Assembly (NCBI GenBank): GCA_963677595.1
Contig: OY782041.1
Location: forward strand, 1,760,001-1,824,000
Source: Spirochaetia bacterium
Lineage (GTDB): Bacteria; Spirochaetota; Spirochaetia; CAKZLE01
Direction: 5' to 3'
Length of the DNA: 64,000 bases
Shown: piece after piece, positions 1-9,931 of the stretch
Numbering within the stretch: position 1 is the stretch's first letter
Layout: every line of letters begins with the position of its first letter
Notes under the pieces: model-generated
Told to the model about the DNA's origin: nothing
Database searches by the model: none
The model's input: the letters and a program-made list of their open reading frames with translations, nothing else
Translations under genes and position numbers: made by a program

Positions 1-735
1 ACCCTGTTCGATGAGTATATGAGAGACGGGTCCTTTCCCTATCTTTCCAGCTCTGGTGGTGACGAGCAGGTGGTCAAGCCGTATCTCGAAGGGCTCTTTC
101 ACACGATACTGATCAAGGATATCGCGAGCAGGGAACAGGTCTCAGATATACAGCAGCTTGAGAATATCGTGAAGGTCTTGGCCAGCAGTGTCGGCAGTCC
201 CATCTCGATCAAGCGTATATGTGATACGCTGGTATCAGCAGGCCGCCCGATCGCCCTCAACACGGTATCAAGCTATGTGAAGGCCCTGACTGACAGCTAC
301 CTCTTCTACCAGGTCGCACGCTATGATGTCCGGGGCCGGCAGTTCCTCCGGACCAACGGCAAGTATTATCTGGTAGATAGTGGTATCAGGAACCATCTGC
401 TGTCAGGTTCATCATCCGACCTTGGCCATATCATAGAGAATATCGTCTATCTTGAACTTCGTCGGAGGTACGGAAAGGTCAATATAGGGAAACTTGACAA
501 ACGGGAGATCGATTTCGTTGCGGTTTCTCACAGTGAGACTGTCTATTATCAGGTAACAGCAACCATGATGGACGAGAAGACAGCAGAACGGGAACTGGCT
601 CCGCTGAGAAAGATCAGGGATAATCACCGGAAGATCGTATTGAGCCTGGATGAGTTCCTGGTTCCGGCAGATTATGACGGCATCAAACACCTGAATCTTA
701 TTGACTGGCTGCTTGAAGAGGATCTGCGGGTGTGA
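1..735 (+). CDS. ATP-binding protein, AAA_14 + DUF4143 family (5'-truncated by window edge)
   Basis: Frame is open from base 1. C-terminal DUF4143-type motifs: KYYLVDSGIRN, ENIVYLEL, EIDFVA..YYQV. Confidence 0.85.
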   Translation, partial: TLFDEYMRDGSFPYLSSSGGDEQVVKPYLEGLFHTILIKDIASREQVSDIQQLENIVKVLASSVGSPISIKRICDTLVSAGRPIALNTVSSYVKALTDSYLFYQVARYDVRGRQFLRTNGKYYLVDSGIRNHLLSGSSSDLGHIIENIVYLELRRRYGKVNIGKLDKREIDFVAVSHSETVYYQVTATMMDEKTAERELAPLRKIRDNHRKIVLSLDEFLVPADYDGIKHLNLIDWLLEEDLRV

Positions 736-804
736 AGCGGTAAAGAGGATTCCCGCACTACACCCTGCTGATTTACTCGGACCTGTCCGTATGGGATACA
801 AGCA

Positions 805-827
805 GGGCTGCCGCAGTGCGGCAGCCC
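805..827. terminator. GC-rich hairpin between convergent genes
   Basis: GGGCTGCCGC-AGT-GCGGCAGCCC, a perfect 10-bp stem in the convergent intergenic gap; no clear U-tract. Confidence 0.55.
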
Positions 828-869
828 CAATCAATCCAACTCTACAATAACCGTATCTTCAGGTTTCTG

Positions 870-1964
870 TTAGTTCGTCTTGTAGACCAGTACGAGACCT
901 GATCTCTGGAATACCTGTGCGACTTCCGTCAACTCCATGCCGGCTGCATCAGCGGCGATGAGGTTGGAGACCCAGGTCACGCCGAAGTCGACCTGTCCTG
1001 TGTAGACTGCCGTGGTCTCCCCGATGTCACCGCCCCCTGGGACGATGGTCACGTTCAGACCGGCTTCTTCGTAGTAGCCCTTGGCAAGGGCTACGTAGTA
1101 CCCCATGAACTGTGCCTGGGGTAGCCATTTCAGCTGGATGCTGACGTCTGTTTTCTCGACTGGGAATGAACCGGATGAAGCCATGGCCTCCTCCCAGTAC
1201 GATGCATCCCTGATGTCATCGAGGGTCATCGCATCGAGTGCTGCGGCAGCGACGGAGTCCTCGAGCTTGATATAGGTCTTTGCCAACTCCAGGGTCTGCC
1301 CCATCGCGTCCTCATCGATCTTGCCGTAGACCGTGACCTTGTTGCCCATGGTGTCCGTCTCGACGAGCTTCTTCACCTCAGCGGCCATATATGCCTGGTG
1401 CTCAGGTGATACGGAGGAGCCGTAGTCGAACACGATCTCGGCAGCCTCTTCCGGGTTCGCACAGGCATACTCCCAGCCCTTCATGGAAGCGTAGATGAAC
1501 GCCTTTACCGTGTTCGGGTTCGCAGCGGCGAAGTCAGCCGTGGTGAACAGGTTGTCCTCGAGCATGGCCACACCCTCGTCGTTCATGTCGATGAACGAAG
1601 CCTGGTCCCCATAGCCGTAGCCGCCGTCATAGCTGTTCTTGACCAGCCCGAGCTCATTGTAGGTCATGGCTGATGCCAGCAGGATCGAATCATCATCGAA
1701 GCCGTCCATGTCGAATGCCTGGCTCAGGTACGACGTGGGAAGGTCATACTTGGTCAGCAGGGCAAGGACCTCATACTCGTTACCGAGACCCCAGTTTCCC
1801 ACCTGGCCCTTCGTGGCCGCATCGGTCACGATCGACTTGACGGATGCATCTGCTGCGTAATAGGAACTCTCCTCCGCAGTCTCTGTATTGCCGCCGGCGA
1901 ACGCACTTGCAGCAGCCGCAAAAAGAACAATCATAAGAAAAACGATTTTGCTCAACCTCTTCAT
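870..1964 (-). CDS. ABC transporter substrate-binding protein, NMT1/THI5-like (pyrimidine-type), apparently circularly permuted
   Basis: Signal peptide MKRLSK..AFAGG. Motifs GNWGLGNEYE, AMTYNE, LEDNLF, ASMKGW. The usual N-terminal QLKWLPQAQFMGYYVA..KGYY block sits at the C-terminus. Start moved to ATG 1964 (GAGGAG RBS). Confidence 0.85.
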   Translation of the reverse strand: MKRLSKIVFLMIVLFAAAASAFAGGNTETAEESSYYAADASVKSIVTDAATKGQVGNWGLGNEYEVLALLTKYDLPTSYLSQAFDMDGFDDDSILLASAMTYNELGLVKNSYDGGYGYGDQASFIDMNDEGVAMLEDNLFTTADFAAANPNTVKAFIYASMKGWEYACANPEEAAEIVFDYGSSVSPEHQAYMAAEVKKLVETDTMGNKVTVYGKIDEDAMGQTLELAKTYIKLEDSVAAAALDAMTLDDIRDASYWEEAMASSGSFPVEKTDVSIQLKWLPQAQFMGYYVALAKGYYEEAGLNVTIVPGGGDIGETTAVYTGQVDFGVTWVSNLIAADAAGMELTEVAQVFQRSGLVLVYKTN

Positions 1965-2007
1965 TCTGTCACTCCTCACATTGATTAAAATATATGAACT
2001 CCGCCGG

Positions 2008-2817
2008 TTACGGACGGCCTTTCATGCTCACTCTCTCTACCGCGAGCAGGATCACGTACATGGTGATCCCGATCGCGATCGCCGCGATGATATACGCCCA
2101 GGCAGTCGCGTACTGCGCAAGGACGATGTTCTCCCGTATCTGCCTGCCGACCCCGATGATGTACTCAGCGAAGTACTCGCTCACCATGGCGCTGATCACG
2201 CTTGCCGGGACACTGACCCGCAGCGCGGTGAAGATATAGGGGACAGAGTTCGGTACCTTCAGCTTCAGGAAGATCGTCCCCTTGCCTGCGGCGAACGACT
2301 TCATCAGGTCTTCGGAGAAGGGCTTCAGCTCCGTGAACCCCCTGTAGGCGTTGACGCTCATGGACACCGTGCAGGTGATCATGACGACCAGGATCTTCGC
2401 CAGCATGCTCCGGATGTTCGGGTCCCTGCTGAAATCCTTGGTAAGGTTATTGAGGATCGGGGCGATCGCTATGATCGGTATGGCGTTGAATGACGCGACG
2501 ACCGATAGGCCCCCGACACCCCATTTCGGGAAGCCTGAAGCGATGATCGCGAGCAGGTACCCGAGCAGTGAGCCCAGGAGGAGCCCGCCGAGGGCCACGA
2601 TGACCGTAGCCCGCATGTTGATGAGGATCTTCCCGATGTTCTCGGTGATGATCCCGATGATCCGCCCCGGGAGGGGCAGGGTGAACGTGTCAGCCCCGAG
2701 GAAGTGGTGCAGGATCTGCGACTGCCACAGGATGATGACGATCACACCCAGCAGTACGGGCATGGCGATCGTTGAGAACCTGTTCCGGTCAAACCTGTTT
2801 CGTGCCATACTGATCAC
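2008..2817 (-). CDS. ABC transporter permease (SsuC/NitT family)
   Basis: Multiple TM helices; EAA-like loop DLMKSFAAG..IFLKLKVPNSVPYIF. Confidence 0.9.
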   Translation of the reverse strand: MISMARNRFDRNRFSTIAMPVLLGVIVIILWQSQILHHFLGADTFTLPLPGRIIGIITENIGKILINMRATVIVALGGLLLGSLLGYLLAIIASGFPKWGVGGLSVVASFNAIPIIAIAPILNNLTKDFSRDPNIRSMLAKILVVMITCTVSMSVNAYRGFTELKPFSEDLMKSFAAGKGTIFLKLKVPNSVPYIFTALRVSVPASVISAMVSEYFAEYIIGVGRQIRENIVLAQYATAWAYIIAAIAIGITMYVILLAVERVSMKGRP

Positions 2818-3632
2818 CTCGCTCCCTTGGCTTTCTCATGCGGAGAGAAGACCTTCTCCGCGAAGGACATGAGTTTGTAGCTCAGGATTCCCACTGCGGC
2901 ACTGAAGAAGACGATCTGCCAGAACACGAAGATGGACATGGCATGCTTCAGCGACTGGGACAGCATCGTCCCCAGTCCAGCCCCGCCCTGCAGCGTGTCG
3001 ACGAGGATCGAGGCCGTGATCGCCATGGGTGCGGCGATCTTCAGGCCGGAGAAGATATAAGGGATGCTCGTCGGCAGGAGCAGCTTCGTGTAGATATGCC
3101 AGCGGTTCGCTGCCAGGGAGTGCATGAGGTCGTACTTCTCCTTCTCCACCGACTTGAGCCCGTCCAGCATGTTCGTTGCCACGGGGTAGAAGGTCAGGAT
3201 CGCCGCGATGACGATACGGCTCTCGTTAATATCCTGGGTGATCGCGAGGACGATCGGCGCCATCCCGAGGATGGGGATCATCTGGATCATCATCAGGTAG
3301 GGGAATACCGCCTTCTCGACCTGCGACACCAGGTTCATCGCCAGGGCGAGGAAGAACCCGACCACCGCCCCGATACCGAACCCGATACCGGCCCGCAGCA
3401 GCGTGATCCCTGCATTCGTGATGACGATCTGGAACGCAGTCTGTTTGTTGCTGACCATCTTGTCGCTGAAGACAGAGGCGACGATCTGTCCCAGATGGGG
3501 CAGGACGTTCTCAGGGGTCCGTTTCGTATGTTCTATGACGGTCGCACCGATCTCCCAAACGATGATGAGGGCGATGACCCAGACGAGGATCACCAACCGG
3601 TCCGCCAGTTTGTCTTTCCGGGCTTTTGTCAT
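2814..3632 (-). CDS. ABC transporter permease (SsuC/NitT family)
   Basis: TM helices; QMIPILGMAP and DLMHSLAA..KLLLPTSIPYIFSGLK motifs; overlaps both neighbours. Confidence 0.9.
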   Translation of the reverse strand: MTKARKDKLADRLVILVWVIALIIVWEIGATVIEHTKRTPENVLPHLGQIVASVFSDKMVSNKQTAFQIVITNAGITLLRAGIGFGIGAVVGFFLALAMNLVSQVEKAVFPYLMMIQMIPILGMAPIVLAITQDINESRIVIAAILTFYPVATNMLDGLKSVEKEKYDLMHSLAANRWHIYTKLLLPTSIPYIFSGLKIAAPMAITASILVDTLQGGAGLGTMLSQSLKHAMSIFVFWQIVFFSAAVGILSYKLMSFAEKVFSPHEKAKGAR

Positions 3633-4414
3633 TCGTAGATTCCTTCAAAGCTGTTCCGTACCCGTGATACGAGGGTAGCGAACTCCGCAGTCTCCCGGAG
3701 AGCCATCTCCCGTGGTCTCGGCAGGTCGATATGGACGACAGCCGACACCCTCCCGGGGTGGGGCGAGAGCACCACGACGTCATCGGAGAGGAAGACCGAC
3801 TCCCGTATATTATGGGTCACGAAGAGGATGGTCTTCTTCGTCTCCTGCCAGATCCGCAGGAGGTCGATCTGCAGTTTCTCCTTGGTGAACTCATCAAGGG
3901 CGGAGAACGGCTCATCCATCAGGAGGATCTCAGGATCCAGCGCCAGGGCCCGCGCGATCCCGACCCGCTGCTGCATCCCGCCGCTGAGCTGATGCGGGTA
4001 CTTCCTCCCGAACTTGGTGAGCCCCACCAGTTCGAGGACCTCATCAACCCTCCGGGTCCGCTCCTTCTTATGCAGGCCGATGACCTCCATCGGCATGCAT
4101 ATGTTGCGCCGCACGGTCCTCCAGTCATAGAGGACCGGGCTCTGGAAGACGATGCCGTACTTCTGGCTCAACCGGATCTCCCTGGGGGTACGCCCCTTCA
4201 CGGAGATGATCCCCGAGGTCATCTCCTGGAGATCCGCTATGGACCTCAGCAGGGTGGTCTTCCCGCAGCCTGACGGTCCGAGCAGTGAAACGAAGGAACC
4301 CTCCTTGATGGCTATGTTCACATCCTTCAGGGCCTGGATATCGCCCCCATTGTCCTTATCCGGGAAATTGACACATAACCCCTTGATGTTGATCTCAGTC
4401 TCGTTCGTTTCCAC
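3629..4414 (-). CDS. ABC transporter ATP-binding protein (SsuB/TauB family)
   Basis: Walker A GPSGCGKT, signature LSGGMQQR, Walker B LLMDEPF. Start placed at GTG 4414 (AAGGA RBS) because ATG 4480 overlaps the sigma54 promoter. Confidence 0.92.
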   Translation of the reverse strand: METNETEINIKGLCVNFPDKDNGGDIQALKDVNIAIKEGSFVSLLGPSGCGKTTLLRSIADLQEMTSGIISVKGRTPREIRLSQKYGIVFQSPVLYDWRTVRRNICMPMEVIGLHKKERTRRVDEVLELVGLTKFGRKYPHQLSGGMQQRVGIARALALDPEILLMDEPFSALDEFTKEKLQIDLLRIWQETKKTILFVTHNIRESVFLSDDVVVLSPHPGRVSAVVHIDLPRPREMALRETAEFATLVSRVRNSFEGIYE

Positions 4415-4463
4415 TATCTCGTTCCTTGCACATCTGTAGTTTTTCGTATTGACACTAAACAGT

Positions 4464-4479
4464 AGCAATTTATGTGCCA
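4464..4479 (-). promoter_or_regulatory. sigma54 -24/-12 promoter for the ABC importer operon
   Basis: Minus strand reads TGGCACATAAATTGCT, matching consensus TGGCAC-N5-TTGCT with exact GG-N10-GC spacing. Confidence 0.85.
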
Positions 4480-4669
4480 TAATCGCAGGACTCCAGGTTT
4501 TTCAGGCTGTATACAGGTGATTGGGAATGGTCCCATATGAAGAAGATCTCTATATATAAGGATTTATTGAACTGTTCCTGCATGATCGGCTCGGGAAGAG
4601 GAATAGTCTCCCAAAGCCCGGACCAGTGGGACAGAGAAAGGGGTTAGGCAGGTAATATTCATACGTAAA

Positions 4670-4718
4670 TGTAAGACACTATGTAAAAAAATACATAATT
4701 GTAGGACATCGTGTCATA
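4670..4718. promoter_or_regulatory. Candidate enhancer (UAS) for a sigma54 activator
   Basis: TGTAAGACACTATGT (4670) and TGTAGGACATCGTGT (4700) repeat at 30-bp spacing, with palindrome TATGTA-N6-TACATA (4680-4697), between two sigma54 promoters. Confidence 0.45.
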
Positions 4719-4833
4719 TTTCATCCATAGTTTGAGGAGAAAGGAGGGAAATCACTGGAATTTAGTCCCCTTCTCCGGCCTGGTGTGCATCGAACGGCAG
4801 GAACAGGCTGTTTTTTGATCAGTCCCTGTTCGT

Positions 4834-4849
4834 TGGCATTGTTTATGCA
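4834..4849 (+). promoter_or_regulatory. sigma54 -24/-12 promoter for the pyrimidine catabolic operon
   Basis: TGGCATTGTTTATGCA with GG-N10-GC spacing, about 90 bp upstream of ATG 4939. Confidence 0.75.
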
Positions 4850-4938
4850 AGAACGTTCTGCGTATGTGCCCGGGGTTCCCCCGGCACATGGATCGTAACA
4901 AAAACATTGGCTCTGACCTAAAAAGGAAGTGAAACGGT

Positions 4939-6201
4939 ATGTACACATGCAGCTTAGACAGGATGACAGACAAGATCAAGACGTTCAGCACATTCGGCGA
5001 TGCAGGACATGGGGGAATCACCCGGTACACCCTCTCCCCTGAGGATATAGAGGCCCGCAACGAGTTCATACGGAGGATGGAAGCCATCGGGGCAGCCATC
5101 GAGTTCGATGATGTCGCGAATGTCTATGCCACCTTACCGGGGTCCGACCCGGATGCCAAGCGGATCGTCATGGGGTCACACACGGACTCCGTGAAGAACG
5201 GCGGGAACTATGACGGGATCCTCGGGGTCCAGTCCGCCATGGAGGTCCTCGAGACTGTCGCCGAACAGGGGATCGAACATACCCATCCCCTGACTGCCAT
5301 GATCTGGACGAACGAGGAAGGGTCCCTCTACCCGCCGGCGATGATGGTATCCGGGATCGTATGCTATGACTTCCTCCCCGAGGCTATCAAGGGGAAGTTC
5401 AAGTATGAGGACATGCTCGCATCAGTGAGCGTGCTCGATCCCTCCGATACCTTCGGCGATGCCCTCGAGCGGTCAGGCTTCAAGGGCGAGAAGAAATACC
5501 GGCTCCACCCTGACAACTACCAGAGCATGTTCGAGATCCATATCGAGCAGGGACCGATCCTGGAAGATGCCGGGAAGAACATCGGTGTCGTCGACTGCGT
5601 CCTGGGAATGTTCAACTACCGGTTCAGGTTCTACGGCCAGACCGTCCATGCGGGGACCTTCCCGATGCCCAAGCGGCAGGATGCCCTGTATGCGGCATCC
5701 CAGGTGATCTGCCATCTCCATGAGGAGATCGACAAGCTCGGGTACCCCGAGCTGGTGTATACCACCGGGGAGATCGTCTGCCACCCCAACGTCCATACCT
5801 GTGTCCCCGACTATGTGGACTTCTGCATCGACGTACGGCATGAGAGCCCCGAGGTCCTCGGGGAGGTCCTCGCGATCGTCACGGGCTGTGCTGATCAGGA
5901 ATGGGCCGGCTGTCGGTGCGAGGTCGGGAAGATGTGGAACCGGGATACCGTCTACTGGGACAAGAAGCTGTTCAGCTATGTGAAAGAAGCCGCTGAAGAG
6001 GTGGGTTCCTCCCACATGGTCCTCCACTCAGGTGCCGGGCACGATGCACAGTTCGCCGCATACATGATGCCGACGACCATGCTCTTCGTTCAGTCCAAGG
6101 ACGGCCTCTCCCACTGCGAACCGGAGTACTCAACACCGGAGCAGTGCACCGAGGGAGCGACCGTGCTGTTGAACGCAGTCCTGAAGGCTGACCGGGAGTA
6201 G
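4939..6201 (+). CDS. pydC: Zn-dependent M20 amidohydrolase, beta-ureidopropionase / N-carbamoyl-amino acid hydrolase
   Basis: GSHTDSV..GGNYDG, NEEG, EIHIEQGP and SGAGHDAQ motifs; operon with preA and hydA. Confidence 0.85.
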   Translation: MYTCSLDRMTDKIKTFSTFGDAGHGGITRYTLSPEDIEARNEFIRRMEAIGAAIEFDDVANVYATLPGSDPDAKRIVMGSHTDSVKNGGNYDGILGVQSAMEVLETVAEQGIEHTHPLTAMIWTNEEGSLYPPAMMVSGIVCYDFLPEAIKGKFKYEDMLASVSVLDPSDTFGDALERSGFKGEKKYRLHPDNYQSMFEIHIEQGPILEDAGKNIGVVDCVLGMFNYRFRFYGQTVHAGTFPMPKRQDALYAASQVICHLHEEIDKLGYPELVYTTGEIVCHPNVHTCVPDYVDFCIDVRHESPEVLGEVLAIVTGCADQEWAGCRCEVGKMWNRDTVYWDKKLFSYVKEAAEEVGSSHMVLHSGAGHDAQFAAYMMPTTMLFVQSKDGLSHCEPEYSTPEQCTEGATVLLNAVLKADRE

Positions 6202-6204
6202 GGC

Positions 6205-7395
6205 ATGAGTCTATTAGCGACAGATATCTGCGGGATCCCGCTGGAGAATCCGTTTCTCGTGGCATCAGCATCACCGTCGGCCACGATCGAGATGATCGAG
6301 CGCTCGTTCATCGCGGGTTGGGCCGGTGTGGTCACCAAGACCATAAAACCCGATTTCATGCAAATCGAGGACGCACGGCCCCGGTTCAACGTCGTGAAGG
6401 ACGGGAAACGCATCATCGGCTTCGAGAACTTCGAGCTGGTCAGCAAGAAGGACCTCTCCTACTGGCTTGACGGGATCGCCTACCTGAAGGGGAAATACCC
6501 GACCAAGGCCGTGATCGCGAGCATCATGGGTGACAGCGGCAGGGAGTCCTGGAGCGGACTGGCCAAGGCGATCGAAGCAGCAGGGGCAGATGCCGTAGAG
6601 CTCAACTTCTCCTGCCCCCACGGCATGCCCGAGATGGGCGTCGGGGCGGCAGTCGGCCAGAACCCCGAGATCATCGAGCGGATCACCTCCTGGGTCAAGG
6701 AGGCAGTCTCCATACCCGTGATCGTGAAGCTCACGCCGAACGTGACCAGTATCGAGCAGGCTGCCGAGGCAGGGATACGGGGCGGTGCTGACGGGTTCGC
6801 AGCGATCAATACCGTGGAATCCCTGTCGGGGATCGACCTCGAGACCTTCGAGCCGCTCCCGAGCGTGAACGGCATGTCCACCTACGGTGGACTGTCGGGG
6901 AAGGCGGTCAAGCCGATCGGCCTTCGGGCGGTCTCCCAGATCGCCAGGAGCCAGCGTGCCCCGATCATGGGGATCGGCGGCATCTCGAACTGGAGCGATG
7001 CCCTCGAGTACATGGCTGTCGGGGCATCCTCGGTACAGGTGTGCACCGAGGTCATGCTCAGGGGCTTCGATATCGTGGGGGAGATGATCTCCGGTACCGA
7101 AGCTTACCTGAAGCGCAAGGAGTTCACATCGGTGACCCAGGTCATAGGACAGGCGATCGGGAAACTCACCAGCCATGAGAACCTCGTGAAGAACGCCCCG
7201 CTGACGGCGGTCGTCGACACGGAAGCCTGCATCGGCTGCGGCAAATGTGTCGTTGCCTGTGAGGACGGCGGCTACCATGCTGTGGCATTAGTGAACAAGA
7301 AAGCGCAGGTAGACAGCAGCTTATGTGACGGCTGCTCCCTGTGCACCCATATCTGCCCGGTAGGGGCATTGAGACTTGAGAGGATGGAGGCTTAG
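6205..7395 (+). CDS. preA: Dihydropyrimidine dehydrogenase FMN/Fe-S subunit
   Basis: ENPFLVAS, ENFELVS, ELNFSCPHGMPE, KLTPNVT, INT motifs; C-terminal 2x CxxCxxCxxxC ferredoxin domain. Confidence 0.93.
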   Translation: MSLLATDICGIPLENPFLVASASPSATIEMIERSFIAGWAGVVTKTIKPDFMQIEDARPRFNVVKDGKRIIGFENFELVSKKDLSYWLDGIAYLKGKYPTKAVIASIMGDSGRESWSGLAKAIEAAGADAVELNFSCPHGMPEMGVGAAVGQNPEIIERITSWVKEAVSIPVIVKLTPNVTSIEQAAEAGIRGGADGFAAINTVESLSGIDLETFEPLPSVNGMSTYGGLSGKAVKPIGLRAVSQIARSQRAPIMGIGGISNWSDALEYMAVGASSVQVCTEVMLRGFDIVGEMISGTEAYLKRKEFTSVTQVIGQAIGKLTSHENLVKNAPLTAVVDTEACIGCGKCVVACEDGGYHAVALVNKKAQVDSSLCDGCSLCTHICPVGALRLERMEA

Positions 7396-7396
7396 A

Positions 7397-8803
7397 TTGA
7401 AGACGATAATCAAGAACGGGAAGGTCATCACGGCAGGTGACAGTATATTCCAGGACATCATGATCGAGGACGGGGTGATCACGGCTCTGGGGAAGGGGTT
7501 CCCCGAAGATGGGTGTACCGTGATCGATGCGGAGGGGAAGTACATCCTTCCCGGGGGCATCGACGCCCATACGCACCTCGACATGCCCTTCGGTGGGACC
7601 GTCAGTTCAGACGATTTCTTCACCGGGCACAAGGCAGCTGCCTTCGGCGGCACGACCTGCCATATAGACTTCGCCATCCAGACGAAGGGGGAGACCCTCA
7701 CCAAGGGAGTCCAGGACTGGAAGAAGAAGGCGGAAGGCAAGGCTGCCGTCGACTACAGCTTCCATGTGGCGGTGACGGATCCCACGGAGGGGACGATCGA
7801 AGAGATCCCGAAGCTGAAAGAGGAGGGCGTGACCTCCCTGAAGGTCTTCCTGGCCTACAAGGGCGTATTCCAGGTGGATGACACGGCATTCATGTCTACC
7901 ATGACCAAGGCCGCTGAGCATGGGATGCTGACCATGGTCCATGCCGAGAACGGCGATGCCATCGCGTTAAAGACCAAAGAGCTCCTCGATGCCGGCAAGA
8001 CAGAGATGAAGTACCACTCGGTAGCCCATTCCGAGGCCATCGAGGCCGAGGCGATCAACCGGGCTGTCTCCTTCGTGGAGATCACCGGCGCCCCCCTCTA
8101 TATCGTGCATATAGCGAGCGGGAACGGCATCGAGGCCGTGAGGAAGGGACGACGGAAGGGCTTGCCCGTCATGGGAGAGACCTGCGTGCAGTACCTCTAC
8201 ATCACGGATGATGCGCTGGATCAGGAAGGGTTCGAGGGGGCGAAGTATATCTGCTCACCTCCCCCGAAGAAGGAGGCCGACAAGGCTGCTATATGGGAGG
8301 CCCTGAACGACAACACGATCCTGACCATCGCCACCGACCACTGCCCGTTCTGGTTCGACGGGACTAAGGAGGGGAGGACTCCCGGCAAGGAGCTGGGCAA
8401 GGCCTCCTGGGACAAGGTGCCCAACGGGGTCCCGGGGATCGAGGACCGGTTCCCGATGACCTGGGACGGGGCGGTGAACAGCGGGAAGCTGTCACCGAAC
8501 AGGTTCGTCGAGCTGATCTCGACCAACCCCGCGAAGATCTTCGGGATGTACCCCAAGAAAGGGACCATCGCGATCGGCTCCGATGCCGACCTGGTGGTAT
8601 TCGATCCAAACAAGGAACATACCGTCTCGGCTGAGACCCACCATATGAACGTCGACTACAACCTCTATGAGGGGATGACCGTGACCGGCTGGCCTGAGAA
8701 GGTCCTCGTCCGGGGCAGGCTCCTGGTCGATGGTGATGCCTGGCTCGGTGAGGCCGGGTACGGCGAGTTCGTCTTCAGGAACGCACCCGGCGAAGTCCTG
8801 TAG
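7397..8803 (+). CDS. hydA: Dihydropyrimidinase (D-hydantoinase)
   Basis: PGGIDAHTHLDMPFGGT, carboxylated-Lys region SLKVF, HAENG, TDHCPF, VPNG. TTG start at 7397 after GGAGG. Confidence 0.93.
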   Translation: MKTIIKNGKVITAGDSIFQDIMIEDGVITALGKGFPEDGCTVIDAEGKYILPGGIDAHTHLDMPFGGTVSSDDFFTGHKAAAFGGTTCHIDFAIQTKGETLTKGVQDWKKKAEGKAAVDYSFHVAVTDPTEGTIEEIPKLKEEGVTSLKVFLAYKGVFQVDDTAFMSTMTKAAEHGMLTMVHAENGDAIALKTKELLDAGKTEMKYHSVAHSEAIEAEAINRAVSFVEITGAPLYIVHIASGNGIEAVRKGRRKGLPVMGETCVQYLYITDDALDQEGFEGAKYICSPPPKKEADKAAIWEALNDNTILTIATDHCPFWFDGTKEGRTPGKELGKASWDKVPNGVPGIEDRFPMTWDGAVNSGKLSPNRFVELISTNPAKIFGMYPKKGTIAIGSDADLVVFDPNKEHTVSAETHHMNVDYNLYEGMTVTGWPEKVLVRGRLLVDGDAWLGEAGYGEFVFRNAPGEVL

Positions 8804-8817
8804 GGAAAGGAAGCAGC

Positions 8818-9927
8818 ATGATCGAGCAGAACTATATGCCGGTTATGGTCATGACCGGCAGGGATTGTGTGCGCGAAAGCGGTGATACCCTGGACTCCCT
8901 CGGGAAGAAGGCCCTCGTGGTATGCGGGTACCAGTCAGCTGACCGGAACGGGGCCATCGATGATATTACCCATGCCCTCGATGAAGCCGGTATGGGCTGC
9001 TGGATCTACCGGGGCGTATCACCGAACCCGACGGTCGAGCAGGTACGAACGATTGCCGGAGCAGCGAGGGAGCAGGGCTGCGACCTCGTCATCGCGATCG
9101 GCGGCGGGTCGGTCATCGATGCCGCGAAGGCGGCAGCGATCCTGGCAGCCCATGATTTGACCGACGATGAATTGTTCACCCGCAAGGAGTTCGATGACGC
9201 CCTCCCCATCGTCGCGATCCCTACCACGGCAGGGACCGGCAGCGAGGTGACGCAGTACGCAATCCTCACCAACGTCGCCAAGGAGACGAAATCCTTCGTG
9301 ACAAGCTATGCGATCTTCCCGCAGGTATCGTTCCTCGACGGGAAGTATATGAAAGACCTGCCTGCGGAGACGACGGTACATACGGCGATCGATGCACTGA
9401 GCCATGCCGTCGAGGGATACCTTGCGGCAAGGTCCACCGCCTATGGGCGGGTACTGGCCCTTGAGGCCATCAGGCTCCTCGCCCCTGCCCTGAAGAAGCT
9501 GCACACACCAGAGGACCTCTCCTTAGAAGACCGGGACAGCCTCCTCTATGCCTCGATGCTGGCAGGGATCGTCATATCGCAGAGCGGCACGACGGCAGTC
9601 CATGCCGCAGGCTACTCCCTGACCTACTTCAAGCATGTGGACCACGGGCGGGCCAACGGGCTGCTGATGCCCACATACCTCGAGTTCCTCTCCAAGGAGC
9701 GAACGGAAGAGGTCTCGGCCATCCTTGGAGCGATGGGATTGTCTTCTCTCCCAGAGTTCAGGAGCTTGTGCTTCTCGCTGCTGAGTGTTGAACCACTGAC
9801 GGAAGAGGAGGTCACTACCTTCTCTGAGATTGCCATACAGGCTGGGAACATACAGAACACGGTCCCGAGACCGACGATCGATATCTTACAGGACATGCTG
9901 CGTGATGCTGCAGGAAGAGGAGAATGA
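8818..9927 (+). CDS. Iron-containing alcohol dehydrogenase, probable malonic semialdehyde reductase (PydE-like)
   Basis: GGGSVIDAAK, PTTAGTGSEVT, DALSHAVE, H..HG motifs; context in the pyd operon. Confidence 0.8.
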   Translation: MIEQNYMPVMVMTGRDCVRESGDTLDSLGKKALVVCGYQSADRNGAIDDITHALDEAGMGCWIYRGVSPNPTVEQVRTIAGAAREQGCDLVIAIGGGSVIDAAKAAAILAAHDLTDDELFTRKEFDDALPIVAIPTTAGTGSEVTQYAILTNVAKETKSFVTSYAIFPQVSFLDGKYMKDLPAETTVHTAIDALSHAVEGYLAARSTAYGRVLALEAIRLLAPALKKLHTPEDLSLEDRDSLLYASMLAGIVISQSGTTAVHAAGYSLTYFKHVDHGRANGLLMPTYLEFLSKERTEEVSAILGAMGLSSLPEFRSLCFSLLSVEPLTEEEVTTFSEIAIQAGNIQNTVPRPTIDILQDMLRDAAGRGE

Positions 9928-9931
9928 GGAA

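Noticed and set aside
4415-4480. ATG start at 4480 for the ABC ATPase
   Set aside because: It overlaps the sigma54 promoter itself; GTG 4414 has an RBS.
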